A stretch of DNA of 64,000 bases from a virus (Duplodnaviria; Caudoviricetes): positions 28,306-92,305 of the IMG/VR virus record IMGVR_UViG_3300037067_001811; one strand, 5' to 3'. Under the pieces are notes generated by a model. That model worked only from the letters and a program-made list of their open reading frames with translations, was not told where the DNA came from and did not search any database. A program made the translations under genes and the position numbers. Positions 17,335 to 26,900 of this stretch are shown piece after piece (the first letter of the stretch is position 1; each line of letters starts with the position of its first letter).

Positions 17335-17454
17335 CCGCCTCTAGTAAAGAAGAGGTGGTTTGGCTTTCTAAGCTTTAGGGTTGTTCAATACTTCACTTGT
17401 ACCTTCACTAAAGCCAAAGACTCGAAAGAGTTGACCGCCACCTCTTCGGAGTGG
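17335..17454 (+). ncRNA. putative structured RNA leader upstream of the tail sheath gene
   Basis: GAAGAGGTGG(17349-58)/CCACCTCTTC(17438-47); TTTGGCTTT(17359-67)/AAAGCCAAA(17410-18); GAAA-tetraloop hairpin 17419-32; alternative cUUCGg hairpin 17438-54. Confidence 0.5.
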
Positions 17455-17469
17455 GACAGCAACAATAGG

Positions 17470-17572
17470 CCCAGACTGATAGATCAAATTGGAAGTAGAA
17501 CCTGAGACCTAGATCAGACTGCTAAGACCCATATTAGATACAGATCAGACCAGATCATAGATGTAGATCGTC
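17470..17572 (+). repeat. AGAT/AGAC-rich degenerate 5-6 nt repeat tract
   Basis: e.g. AGATAC AGATC AGACC AGATCAT AGATGT AGATC; more than ten AGAY units. Confidence 0.65.
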
Positions 17573-17593
17573 CACGAAGTCAGGAGATTTATC

Positions 17594-20500
17594 ATGAGTA
17601 TGGGCCCTTTTGCAACTTATGTCCAACCAGGTGTCTACTCTCGAACGTTGACCGAAGCGAATGTGGCCGCTCTTGTAGCAGGTCTGCGCATTCCGTTCAT
17701 CATCGGAGTTGGTCAAGAAGAACTCGAGCAAGATGACCTCGAGATGGTTCGCGGTTCCTCATCCACCTTGGATGAGCAGATCATCAACGAGGACATTAGT
17801 TCTCGCTGGGTTGTTGATTCAACTAACCCTACTAGTCTAGTCCTAGGGGTCCAAGATGGAACCCGAGTTCAGTTCCAGGTTAGGAATTACCCTGTTGTTG
17901 ATGGGCAGGGGTTTGGTCGCATCTCGAATGATGTTCGGACCATCACAGTTACGGTCAATGGGGCTCCCGTTGCTCTTGGGGCTCTCGTTGGCAGCACTGG
18001 CGTAGTAACTCTCCAGGTTCCGACTCAGCCTTCAGACACGGTCCGAGTCACCTACTTCTTCCATCGTGGTGATACCGCGTTCCAGGATGACGTCTCAAAG
18101 CAGGTTAGTACCTCTCCTGCTCAGATCGTTACCCCAGGGTATGCTCCCTTCACTATTAATGCTGGTTCCAATGACACCTTGAGGGTTACTCTCGACGGTG
18201 GAGTTGAGAAGACTATGGTCTTCTTGCCGGCGGCAGCTGCTACGGCCGCTAACCTCAAGACTCAGATCGATGCAGCCCTCGGGGTTGGTATTGCAGGGGT
18301 TTTCACTGACAACCTTGGTCAGGACCACCTGACGTTCACCTCTCCTTCGTCAGTCCTGATTGGTACCGGAAGTGTCAATGGCATTCTCGGTCTCGCCAAT
18401 GGGCAATCGGCAAGTGGGAATACTCAGTTCAGGGTCTTTCAGATCCCGGTTGTAGATGGTTCTTCGGGTGGAGTAACGACAACTGACACTTCGAAGGTAG
18501 TCGTCAAGGTCAATGGGACTCAGGTCATCCCAACGGCCCTCGATGGTACCAACGGCATTGTGACCTTGGCGATTGCACCGCCTCCAAGTTCGACGGTGAC
18601 GGTTCAGTACTACGCCAATACGTGCCAGGATACCTTCGACTACCTCCCCAACCCGTTGGTGACTAACGTCATTCGTTCGGGTATCAGCCCCGGTAGGTCG
18701 GATTACATCCAGGGCCAAGACTTCGTGATCATGAATCCGAGTCCGGATGTATCCATCGTTCACTGGGGGACCAGCTACTCGGTATCCTCAACTCTCAATA
18801 CCCCTGGAGCAGAGCCCTTCGATAGCTCACAGGTCATCCCAACCTTGGTGGATGATCGGTTGTACTTAGTTCCTTGCACGAACTTCATCGATACCTCGGT
18901 GGTTCCAGCTTCGGTTAGCAGTACGGTGTTCCTGCTTCCAGCAGTACCTACGACCGGTAACGGCCGCAATACTGTCCTTGGGCAGACGGACTTCAACGCT
19001 GTTGCCAATGGTCGCCAGGACCTCGTTACTAACCGACCTGACTTGGTGATTGCTCGGGTAGGTAGGACTCTTGGGGACGCCCTCATTCGTCCTGAGGCTA
19101 AGGTTCTCGCAGTTGACGGTCCTAATCGGAAGATCACCCTTAGGGATCCGATTCCGGCTGACTGGAACGTCTATGCGACCTTCTACTACAGCCGAATCAC
19201 CGATGATACTTACATCCTGACCAATCAGGTTGCAGGGCCCATCGGTACGGGGCAGTACACGGTCTTCTCCTCACTCACGAACACGAACCTCTACCAGGTT
19301 CGCTTCATGGGCAAGGGTGGTCTATCTCAGATCGTTCAGTGGCCGCGTGGAGTCGAGCAGGTTCCAGACGCTATGTACACGGGTGCGGGAACTCCGGTTT
19401 CCGAGACCGTTACAGTTACCTTCGGAACAGCTGCAGCTCGTGGAGCCGTCTATACGAACGAAGGGGCCGCTCCTTACTCGTTCTACAATACAGCCTCGGC
19501 TACTTGGAGAACTCTAGTCAATAGTGTGACGGTTTCTACGAACCTGAGCACTGCTGCAGGGGCTTACTTGGTAGGTCAGTCAGTGGCTATCCCTGGTGGG
19601 AACATCACTGTCCCTGCTTCGCCAAATAACGTTCTGAATCTGGTCATTGATGGGCAGGCTGTTACTGCAACCCTGACTGCTGGTGCTCAGACTCCAGCGG
19701 CCATTGCTGCTACAGTCAATGCGGCCATCGATGCTGTCCTAACAGGTACGAATAACCTGTTCACTCCGATCCCAGGGCCAACTGGCTACACCAACTTCGT
19801 GATCCGAAGCCTCACCGCTCCGGCAGCACTTCCTGGTGGGTTCGATGCAGTGAGCTCGGTACTTGTAGGTCAGGGTACAGTTGAAAACCTCTTGGGCTTC
19901 ACTACCTTCCAGAGTGCAGTGGGTACCGCAGGTGCCATCAACAAGCCGGCAACCCTGTTGGGGTCCATTCCTGAGACCTTTGTGATCACCGCTGGTGTGA
20001 ACGATAGCCTCAAGTTGAGGATTAACGGGATCGACTTTGCGGTCACCTTGAATACCTCCTCAACAACAGCGGCCAACATCGTCACTGACATCAACGGGGT
20101 AATCTCCTCACAGGGTACGGCAACGGCTGGGACCTTGGCGAATGTTGGTAAGGTCAGGATCACCAGCAACGTCAACACCTCGGCTTCCTCAATCCTCATC
20201 TTGGATGGTAGTGCAAATGACACCCTTGGCTTCAGTCAAGGTGACTTTGCGAGCCAAACCCTCGTTGGAGCTCAAGAGGTTACTGATGCTCTGATGGGTA
20301 CAGTTGGGTTTGCAGTGTCATCTTGGACACCCCCAACACCTATTGCCGGTGCGGTTGCCTACCCAACAACGGTCAATGGTCAGACTTATGTCACCATTGC
20401 ATCGCTGACCACTGGTATTGCTACTAGCAGTGTAGGGTTCGTCACAGGAAGCAACTCGGCCTTCAATGTTACCACTGGAACTGGGATCCTTCCTGGAACC

Positions 20501-21868
20501 TCAGGTGATGTTGGTGAGGATGCAACCAGTAACTTCGCGGTCACTTCCACCAACCCACTTGGGTCGGCTGGTACAGGGACCCCGGGACAGACCTACACGG
20601 ATGCCCGTACCGGTCTGAGGTTCACGGTTCTACCTTCCACTACTGGGACCTATGATCCTGCTGGGTACTTCACTCTTCAGGCTACTTCGACCCACTATGT
20701 CAACTCGGGGATCCCGTACTACACGATCCCAGGGCTCGAGACCCTTGTTACCAACACGGTCAACGTTGGAGTGAACGACACGGCCAACGTTCAGACTTTC
20801 AACCCGTCCGGGTTGGAGCCTGCCAACGGGGACTTCTACTTCATCAGCTACCGCTTCATGAAGCAGGACTACTCGACTAGGTTGTACTCCCAGTTCAAGA
20901 CCATTGAGGCCACCTACGGTGCTCTTAGTGCCTCGAATCGAGTAACCCTGGGTGCCTACCTTGCCATCATCAATGGTGCTGTCCTGGTCGGTATCAAGCA
21001 GGTCCAGAAGGTTCCGAATACCAATCAAGCATCGGCTCAGTCGTTCATTACGGCCATCCAGGGCTTGGCAACTCCGCTACCTGGTAACGTCAAGCCGGAC
21101 ATTCTCATCCCTCTCAGCACTGACACTCAGGTATACTCGTACTTGACTCAGCATTGTGAGGTGATGAGTAACATCCGTAACCAGTCGGAGAGAATGGGCT
21201 TCATCGGCTTTGCCAGTGGGACAACTCCCACTACGGTTCAGACGATTGCCAAGTCTCTCTTCAGTCAGAGGATCGTTGCCCTCTACCCGGATTCAGCAGT
21301 TGTTACCTTCACAAACGAGTTGGGTAGCACCTTCGAGTCTCTAGTAGATGGTACGTTCTTCGCAGCTGCAGTAGCTGGTGCAGTGTGCTCCCCAGCGGTT
21401 GACGTTGCTACTCCTTACACCCGTCGCCAAATCCAAGGGTTCACCCGAATCCCGAGGATCATGGACCCGGTGGAGGCTAACCAGACCGCAGTGGCTGGTG
21501 TCACCATCCTGGAAGATCTGCAGCCCATCATTCGAATTCGTCAGGGTCTCACGACCAACATGACTTCGATTCTCACCAGGCTGCCCACGGTAACTCAGAT
21601 TGCGGACTATGTTTCGATCAGCTCGAGGTCCGTCCTGGATGCGTACGTAGGTACCAAGTTCCTGTCGAGTCGTACCAATGAAGTTGAGGTTTCTATGACC
21701 TCTCTCTTCAAGCAGTTGATTCAGCAGGAGATCGTTGCCGCCTTCACTGGCATTGCCGCTACGGTGGACGCCAATGACCCGACAATATTGAACGCCGAAG
21801 CCTACTATCAGCCAGTATTTCCACTTTTATTTATTGTTTTGACGTTCAACCTCAGGGCGAGGATCTAG
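17594..21868 (+). CDS. contractile tail sheath protein (very large, 1424 aa)
   Basis: N-terminal YVQPGVYSRT...IPFIIG; C-terminal HCEVMS...ERMGFIG, AGVTILE...IRIRQGLTT, YYQPVFPLLFIVLTF; AGGAG RBS; strongly biased codons. Confidence 0.93.
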   Translation: MSMGPFATYVQPGVYSRTLTEANVAALVAGLRIPFIIGVGQEELEQDDLEMVRGSSSTLDEQIINEDISSRWVVDSTNPTSLVLGVQDGTRVQFQVRNYPVVDGQGFGRISNDVRTITVTVNGAPVALGALVGSTGVVTLQVPTQPSDTVRVTYFFHRGDTAFQDDVSKQVSTSPAQIVTPGYAPFTINAGSNDTLRVTLDGGVEKTMVFLPAAAATAANLKTQIDAALGVGIAGVFTDNLGQDHLTFTSPSSVLIGTGSVNGILGLANGQSASGNTQFRVFQIPVVDGSSGGVTTTDTSKVVVKVNGTQVIPTALDGTNGIVTLAIAPPPSSTVTVQYYANTCQDTFDYLPNPLVTNVIRSGISPGRSDYIQGQDFVIMNPSPDVSIVHWGTSYSVSSTLNTPGAEPFDSSQVIPTLVDDRLYLVPCTNFIDTSVVPASVSSTVFLLPAVPTTGNGRNTVLGQTDFNAVANGRQDLVTNRPDLVIARVGRTLGDALIRPEAKVLAVDGPNRKITLRDPIPADWNVYATFYYSRITDDTYILTNQVAGPIGTGQYTVFSSLTNTNLYQVRFMGKGGLSQIVQWPRGVEQVPDAMYTGAGTPVSETVTVTFGTAAARGAVYTNEGAAPYSFYNTASATWRTLVNSVTVSTNLSTAAGAYLVGQSVAIPGGNITVPASPNNVLNLVIDGQAVTATLTAGAQTPAAIAATVNAAIDAVLTGTNNLFTPIPGPTGYTNFVIRSLTAPAALPGGFDAVSSVLVGQGTVENLLGFTTFQSAVGTAGAINKPATLLGSIPETFVITAGVNDSLKLRINGIDFAVTLNTSSTTAANIVTDINGVISSQGTATAGTLANVGKVRITSNVNTSASSILILDGSANDTLGFSQGDFASQTLVGAQEVTDALMGTVGFAVSSWTPPTPIAGAVAYPTTVNGQTYVTIASLTTGIATSSVGFVTGSNSAFNVTTGTGILPGTSGDVGEDATSNFAVTSTNPLGSAGTGTPGQTYTDARTGLRFTVLPSTTGTYDPAGYFTLQATSTHYVNSGIPYYTIPGLETLVTNTVNVGVNDTANVQTFNPSGLEPANGDFYFISYRFMKQDYSTRLYSQFKTIEATYGALSASNRVTLGAYLAIINGAVLVGIKQVQKVPNTNQASAQSFITAIQGLATPLPGNVKPDILIPLSTDTQVYSYLTQHCEVMSNIRNQSERMGFIGFASGTTPTTVQTIAKSLFSQRIVALYPDSAVVTFTNELGSTFESLVDGTFFAAAVAGAVCSPAVDVATPYTRRQIQGFTRIPRIMDPVEANQTAVAGVTILEDLQPIIRIRQGLTTNMTSILTRLPTVTQIADYVSISSRSVLDAYVGTKFLSSRTNEVEVSMTSLFKQLIQQEIVAAFTGIAATVDANDPTILNAEAYYQPVFPLLFIVLTFNLRARI

Positions 21869-21880
21869 GTCCCAATTATC

Positions 21881-21906
21881 TGTTGTAAAATCAACACTTT
21901 ACAGCA
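21881..21906. promoter_or_regulatory. inverted repeat containing an IHF-consensus match (AATCAACACTTTA)
   Basis: TGTTGTAAA/TTTACAGCA arms; 21889-21901 fits WATCAANNNNTTR. Confidence 0.3.
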
Positions 21907-21923
21907 AGATTCGAACTTAGTAA

Positions 21924-21971
21924 TTGACAGGGCCCACTTTGGTAGTATCCATACCGAAGTGGGCCCTTGTC
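21924..21971 (+). promoter_or_regulatory. long hairpin overlapping TTGACA, ending immediately before endonuclease ATG
   Basis: GACAGGGCCCACTTTGGTA-gtatcca-TACCGAAGTGGGCCCTTGTC then ATG 21972. Confidence 0.7.
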
Positions 21972-23882
21972 ATGCCAAGAAGAAATAACAGCGCAACCCC
22001 AGAGGATACCTACGAGTCTTTTGCCACAGCTGAACCATTTAAGGTTCTGGCAAAGAGATACCTCGTTAGCCCAAATACTTTACGATCTTGGTGGGTTGCA
22101 AAGTTTGGAAAGGAAGCCTTTGATGCACGAGGCAAGCGAATTCAATCTCAAGCCGCAGTGGCTTTTGGGGCCTCTCGTAAAGGAACCTCCCACACGATAG
22201 GCTTGGTCACAGAGCCTTGTGCAAAGTGTGGAGTAGTGGTTGAATTGAACCTTCTTCAGAAGGTTCGATCAAAGCAAGTTTTATGTCCTACTTGTGCTGA
22301 CTCTGAGCGTGGGGTTGATCGGTCTTGCTCGGTTTGCGGGATCGGTTGTGTAGGGGTGAAGGGCCTAGCTATGCATTTAGCTCAGGTTGAGGATCAGGCT
22401 CATACCAAGCACCTCCAAACTGAATTGAACCTTAGGTGGGAGAGTCAGGTTGAAAACAGGGACTATGTGTCATGTCTATTGTGTGGGCATAAGGCTGTAA
22501 CTCTAGCTAGGCATTTACTAGCAGAGCATAAAATCACGGCTGAACAGTATAAGATGCAGTTTCCGGGCACCCTTATCCGGTCTGAGAGCTTGACAGCCTC
22601 TCGAACTAAGGCTGCAAAACACTCACATGAGGCAAGTCCACGTAGGGGACTAACTAAGACCATTCTGTGTTCAACTTGTGACAGAGAGTTTGATGTCTCT
22701 ACCTTCTTCGCCTACTCAACTCATGACTCTAGGTGCCCTGAGTGCAAGCAGGCTGACCTTGATGCCGCAGATCTATCCAAGTGGAAGGGGAAGTCAGAAC
22801 CAGAGGACTATGTTACTTGTCAGGTATGCGGGCATCGAGCAGAGAGTCTGACTTCTCATATTAGTAGTGAGCACCAAACCCTTGTTGGGCGTTATGAAGC
22901 CATTCATCCTAATTTCAAACTCATAGCTCTATCTTCTAAACTTCATGGTCCTTCAGTCCTTAGGGGGCGAACCTTGTCGGATGAGGTTAGGGCCAAGATG
23001 TCAGGAAATGCCGGAAGGTGGAATCAAGGTCTGACTAAGAACACTGATGTTCGAGTCGCTAGTGCTGCTGAGGCGATGAAGGGGCGAACTCCTTGGAATG
23101 AGGGTCTTACAAAGGAGGATCATTCGAGTCTTCAGAGTACGTCAGAGAAGCTGTCGGCCCTTAAGTTAGGTGTTCCTAATGATGCTACAAGGCTAGACCT
23201 TTCCCTGATCGACTTCACTCCCTACCTTGATGAGGTAGGTGCTGTAGATCTCAAGATCATGGCGGAGGAACTGGATATTTGTGACCTAACTTTGAGAAAG
23301 TACATGAGTTCTCTTGGGCTCCGGAGTTCAACCAAGTACATTGAAGCTAGGGCGGAGCGGCAGATCATTAGGTTGGAGAAAGATGACCTACTGCCATTTA
23401 GGTTGAAGAATGGCAAGGTAGTCGTAGCTTCAGCTATGGTTGGGCTCAAGAAAGACTACAAGGTCATAAAGCGAGAGTGCCTTCGACATGACTTGGAAAC
23501 CTTTACTCACGGTATCCGTCAAACCATTTGCCTAGATGCTATATCTAAGACTCTCGGGAGTGCTACTTTTGAACAAGAGTGGAAGTCATGGAGGTTTGTG
23601 AACCCTCTCTCTGGTCATCGTTTTCGTTTTGATGGATACTTCCCCTCTCACGACTTGGTAGTAGAGTTCCATGGGTGGCAGCACTGGGTGTTCCCCTCTG
23701 TGTATATTAAGAAGGAAGAGCTGTTCTTCGCACTTCAAGAGCGTGACCGGATTAAAGAGAACCTGATTCACTCTGATCCAACCCTTCGGTACTTCCTAGT
23801 CCGAGAGGATGAGCCCTATGCGGACCTTGAGTATCTTCGTGGAAGGTTGATTGACGAAGGGATCTTAGATCCAGGCAAGTAG
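21972..23882 (+). CDS. free-standing homing endonuclease-like protein (multiple Zn fingers, NUMOD3-like repeats, C-terminal PD-(D/E)XK nuclease)
   Basis: Seven CxxC motifs, two DYVxCxxCGH fingers, RWNQGLTK/PWNEGLTK, FRFDGYF...VVEFHGWQH; ATG 21972 preferred. Confidence 0.8.
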   Translation: MPRRNNSATPEDTYESFATAEPFKVLAKRYLVSPNTLRSWWVAKFGKEAFDARGKRIQSQAAVAFGASRKGTSHTIGLVTEPCAKCGVVVELNLLQKVRSKQVLCPTCADSERGVDRSCSVCGIGCVGVKGLAMHLAQVEDQAHTKHLQTELNLRWESQVENRDYVSCLLCGHKAVTLARHLLAEHKITAEQYKMQFPGTLIRSESLTASRTKAAKHSHEASPRRGLTKTILCSTCDREFDVSTFFAYSTHDSRCPECKQADLDAADLSKWKGKSEPEDYVTCQVCGHRAESLTSHISSEHQTLVGRYEAIHPNFKLIALSSKLHGPSVLRGRTLSDEVRAKMSGNAGRWNQGLTKNTDVRVASAAEAMKGRTPWNEGLTKEDHSSLQSTSEKLSALKLGVPNDATRLDLSLIDFTPYLDEVGAVDLKIMAEELDICDLTLRKYMSSLGLRSSTKYIEARAERQIIRLEKDDLLPFRLKNGKVVVASAMVGLKKDYKVIKRECLRHDLETFTHGIRQTICLDAISKTLGSATFEQEWKSWRFVNPLSGHRFRFDGYFPSHDLVVEFHGWQHWVFPSVYIKKEELFFALQERDRIKENLIHSDPTLRYFLVREDEPYADLEYLRGRLIDEGILDPGK

Positions 23883-23935
23883 CCGCTAAATCTCTTGTAG
23901 GCTCACTAGGGGTGTACGTAGTACTAGGAAGTCCC

Positions 23936-26900
23936 ATGTTGACTAAGAACACTCCTCGAGTAGCGGTAGACGAAGCTGATGACGTAGAGGTTGGGGAGTT
24001 TCAGGTAGCGGAGTATATCATCTTCCTACTTGCTCTGGATACCTACGAGCGGTACGCAGAAGAGTCTTCTGGTGTTGATGATACCGAAGATGTTCTGATT
24101 AAGAAGGGCCTTCGGATCCTTCGAATGGCAGATTCTCAGATTGATGCCTACCGGGAGTTCCTGGAGAGTCATCTGACTAAGCCTGGTCAGATAGCGATGC
24201 TCCGCAAGGCGATGAACTTGAAGGTGTTCAATCCGGCGGGTGCAGCCCGGAGGGCCTTGCACTTCAGGACTATCCTTACTCGAGGTGGGACTGCAACGGT
24301 CAAGGGGATCTTAGCCAACCCGAAGTATGTCAGGCAAGTGAAGCAGGCCATAGCCGCTTCCATGTTGGATGATGCGGACAAGGCTCTTGATGTGTTTGCA
24401 GCTATCCCGCTGCTCAACATCCGAATGCGTGACTGGATTGATGATGCTGCAAAGCAAGCTGGGTCGGGTGAATCTGCCCCCTTACCTGTGGACAATGCTT
24501 CTAATGAAATAGGAGCTTCTGATGAGATCACTAAGGCGGGCATCCAAGAGGTTGCAGCTGTTGGATCAGAGGCGATTCAAGACGAGCAGAACTCCCGGTC
24601 TTTGATGCTTGCTAAGGTTGAAGAAAATGCAACCAAGGCAGCTGTGAAGTCTTTGGAGATCAACAAGAAGACGGACGCCCCTCCGAAGAAGTCTGAGGTT
24701 GTAGGTATTGCTACGGCCGCCGCAGTGGCCGCCATTAGTGACCCCACCCTCTTACAGAACATCCCAGTACCTCTCCAGGGACTAGATGCAGAGCAACGAG
24801 CAGCTGCTCTTACAGGGGGTCGAGTTCGAGTGGCTGCTGGTGCTGGTAGCGGTAAATCCACTACCTTGATAGCTCGCATTGAGTACCTCATCAAAGACTT
24901 GAAGGTCAATCCAGCTCGGATTATGGCTTGCTCTTTCAATAAGAAGGCAGCCGACGAGTTGAAGGAGAAGATTGCAGGGAAGGTTGGGAGTGACGGATCT
25001 TCAGGGGTTCAAGTGGGCACTATGCACGCCCTCTTTGCCAAGTTAATTGTTGGCACAAGGGACACCCCTGGATTCGGTAATCAAGAAGAGCAGGCAATGC
25101 TCCGACCTCCTAGGTTGATTGCTCCGCCTAAGAAGGGGTACAGGTCAATCAGTCCTGTAAGCCTTTCTCAGACTATCAGGAATATGTGGGTTGAGTGTGG
25201 GGCAGATGCAATAGCCTCTAGGTATGGGTACAGTAAAGAGTGGGTCGCAGAACCTCCGAAGGCTAAGAAAGCAGGACTTCTTCTTAATGCGTGGAGGGGT
25301 AACGATATCTCTCTAGATGAGGCCAAGAAGTCTGTAACCTCTAAGGCAGAAGCTCAAGCTGCGGTTTGGTACGACATGTACTTAGGGCTCAAGGGGGACA
25401 CTCCAGGGTGGAAACCTCCTTGTTCAAGCTCCAAGCCCTACAGCAACTTCATGTTCAAGAATCGTAAGGGCAATGAGCGCCTAGGTGATCTTGATGACAT
25501 GCTCAAGATCATTCGAGACATCCTGAAGAGGGATCCGAAGGCTAAGCAAGTTATCCAAGGGATGTTTGACCACATTCTTGTTGATGAGGCTCAGGATCTC
25601 AATACGGTTCAGCACCAAGTGTTTGGGATGCTCTCAGAACATATCCCTCAGGACTCCAAGGATAAGTCCATTTGGATGGTTGGTGATGAGAAACAAGCCA
25701 TCTATCAGTTCCGAGGTGCTAAACCCGAACTCTTCCAGGGTTTAGATGAGGGTTGGACTGTTAGGAATATCCGAACCAACTATCGTTGTCAGCCTGAGAT
25801 CGTGGAAGCTGCCAATAATCTCATTGACCATGATAGTGACGGGACCGTTGTAGCTTCCCAATCGGATCCACGAAAGGATAGAGGGAGAGCATCTATCCAA
25901 GTCAACCTTCCCGAGTCCAATGTTGAGGCTGCTATCGATACCATTGGTCGATACAGTAAGGACATTGACGAGGGTGCTGCGACAGAGAACTTTGCGGTCC
26001 TAGCTCGAACTAATGCTGAGTTGAACGACTTCGAGACAGCTTGTATCATCAATGAGATCCCTTATGTTCGTAGGGGTGGTAAAGGGTTCCTTGAGGCTCC
26101 AGAGTCTCGAGCTCTACTGGGGTACATCGACCTAGCGATGGGTAATGACTACGAGAAGATGAAGGGATCTCTCGTAGCTATTCTGACAAAGCCAGATCGT
26201 GGTCTATTCCTAGGGCATGAAGCGGTGGAAGAGGCAGTGAGTGAGGCTCTTGATACCTTAGCTCGTCGTGAGAGAGTTGATGTCAAGAGCGTTCGCCCCG
26301 ATACTCTACTGGAACCTCGTTATCTGCCTATGTTGGCTGATTGCCTTAAGAGGTCACATCGTCTCAAGATCATCGATTCAGCTAAAGGTGATACTCGCAA
26401 GGGTGAGTACATATACCAAAAGAAGGTTGAGGAATTGGGGGCTAATCTTCGAGGGATAGCTCCTAGTCTTCGAGATCTCAGGGCTTACATTGAAGAGGGT
26501 CACCCGACGGAGGATCTTCTCAATCACGTACTGGACTCCATGACTTCTACAGTCGCCAGTTGGGACTTTGGCTCTAAGTCAACGGTGATGACCACGACTA
26601 CACTTCGTGAGCAGATCACCAATGACATCTCTATCTTTGCAGATGATGATGACGATGAGGAAGATGAAGAGACTAAGGAAGCCCCAGTTGAGGGGGAGGA
26701 AGGCTTGGCGCCTGCTCCAGAGAAGCCCAAGGAACCTAAGGGCTTAGGTGCAGTTCAATTCCTCTTTGAGTTATCGAAGCCTAATCAGCATGATCAGGAG
26801 AACGCAACGGATCCATCCACCTCTCAGGGTTATGTTAAGAAGCTCGCTCGCTACTCGAAGCTAGCGGACACACTTAGGATCGATCCCGACAAGTGGGCTA

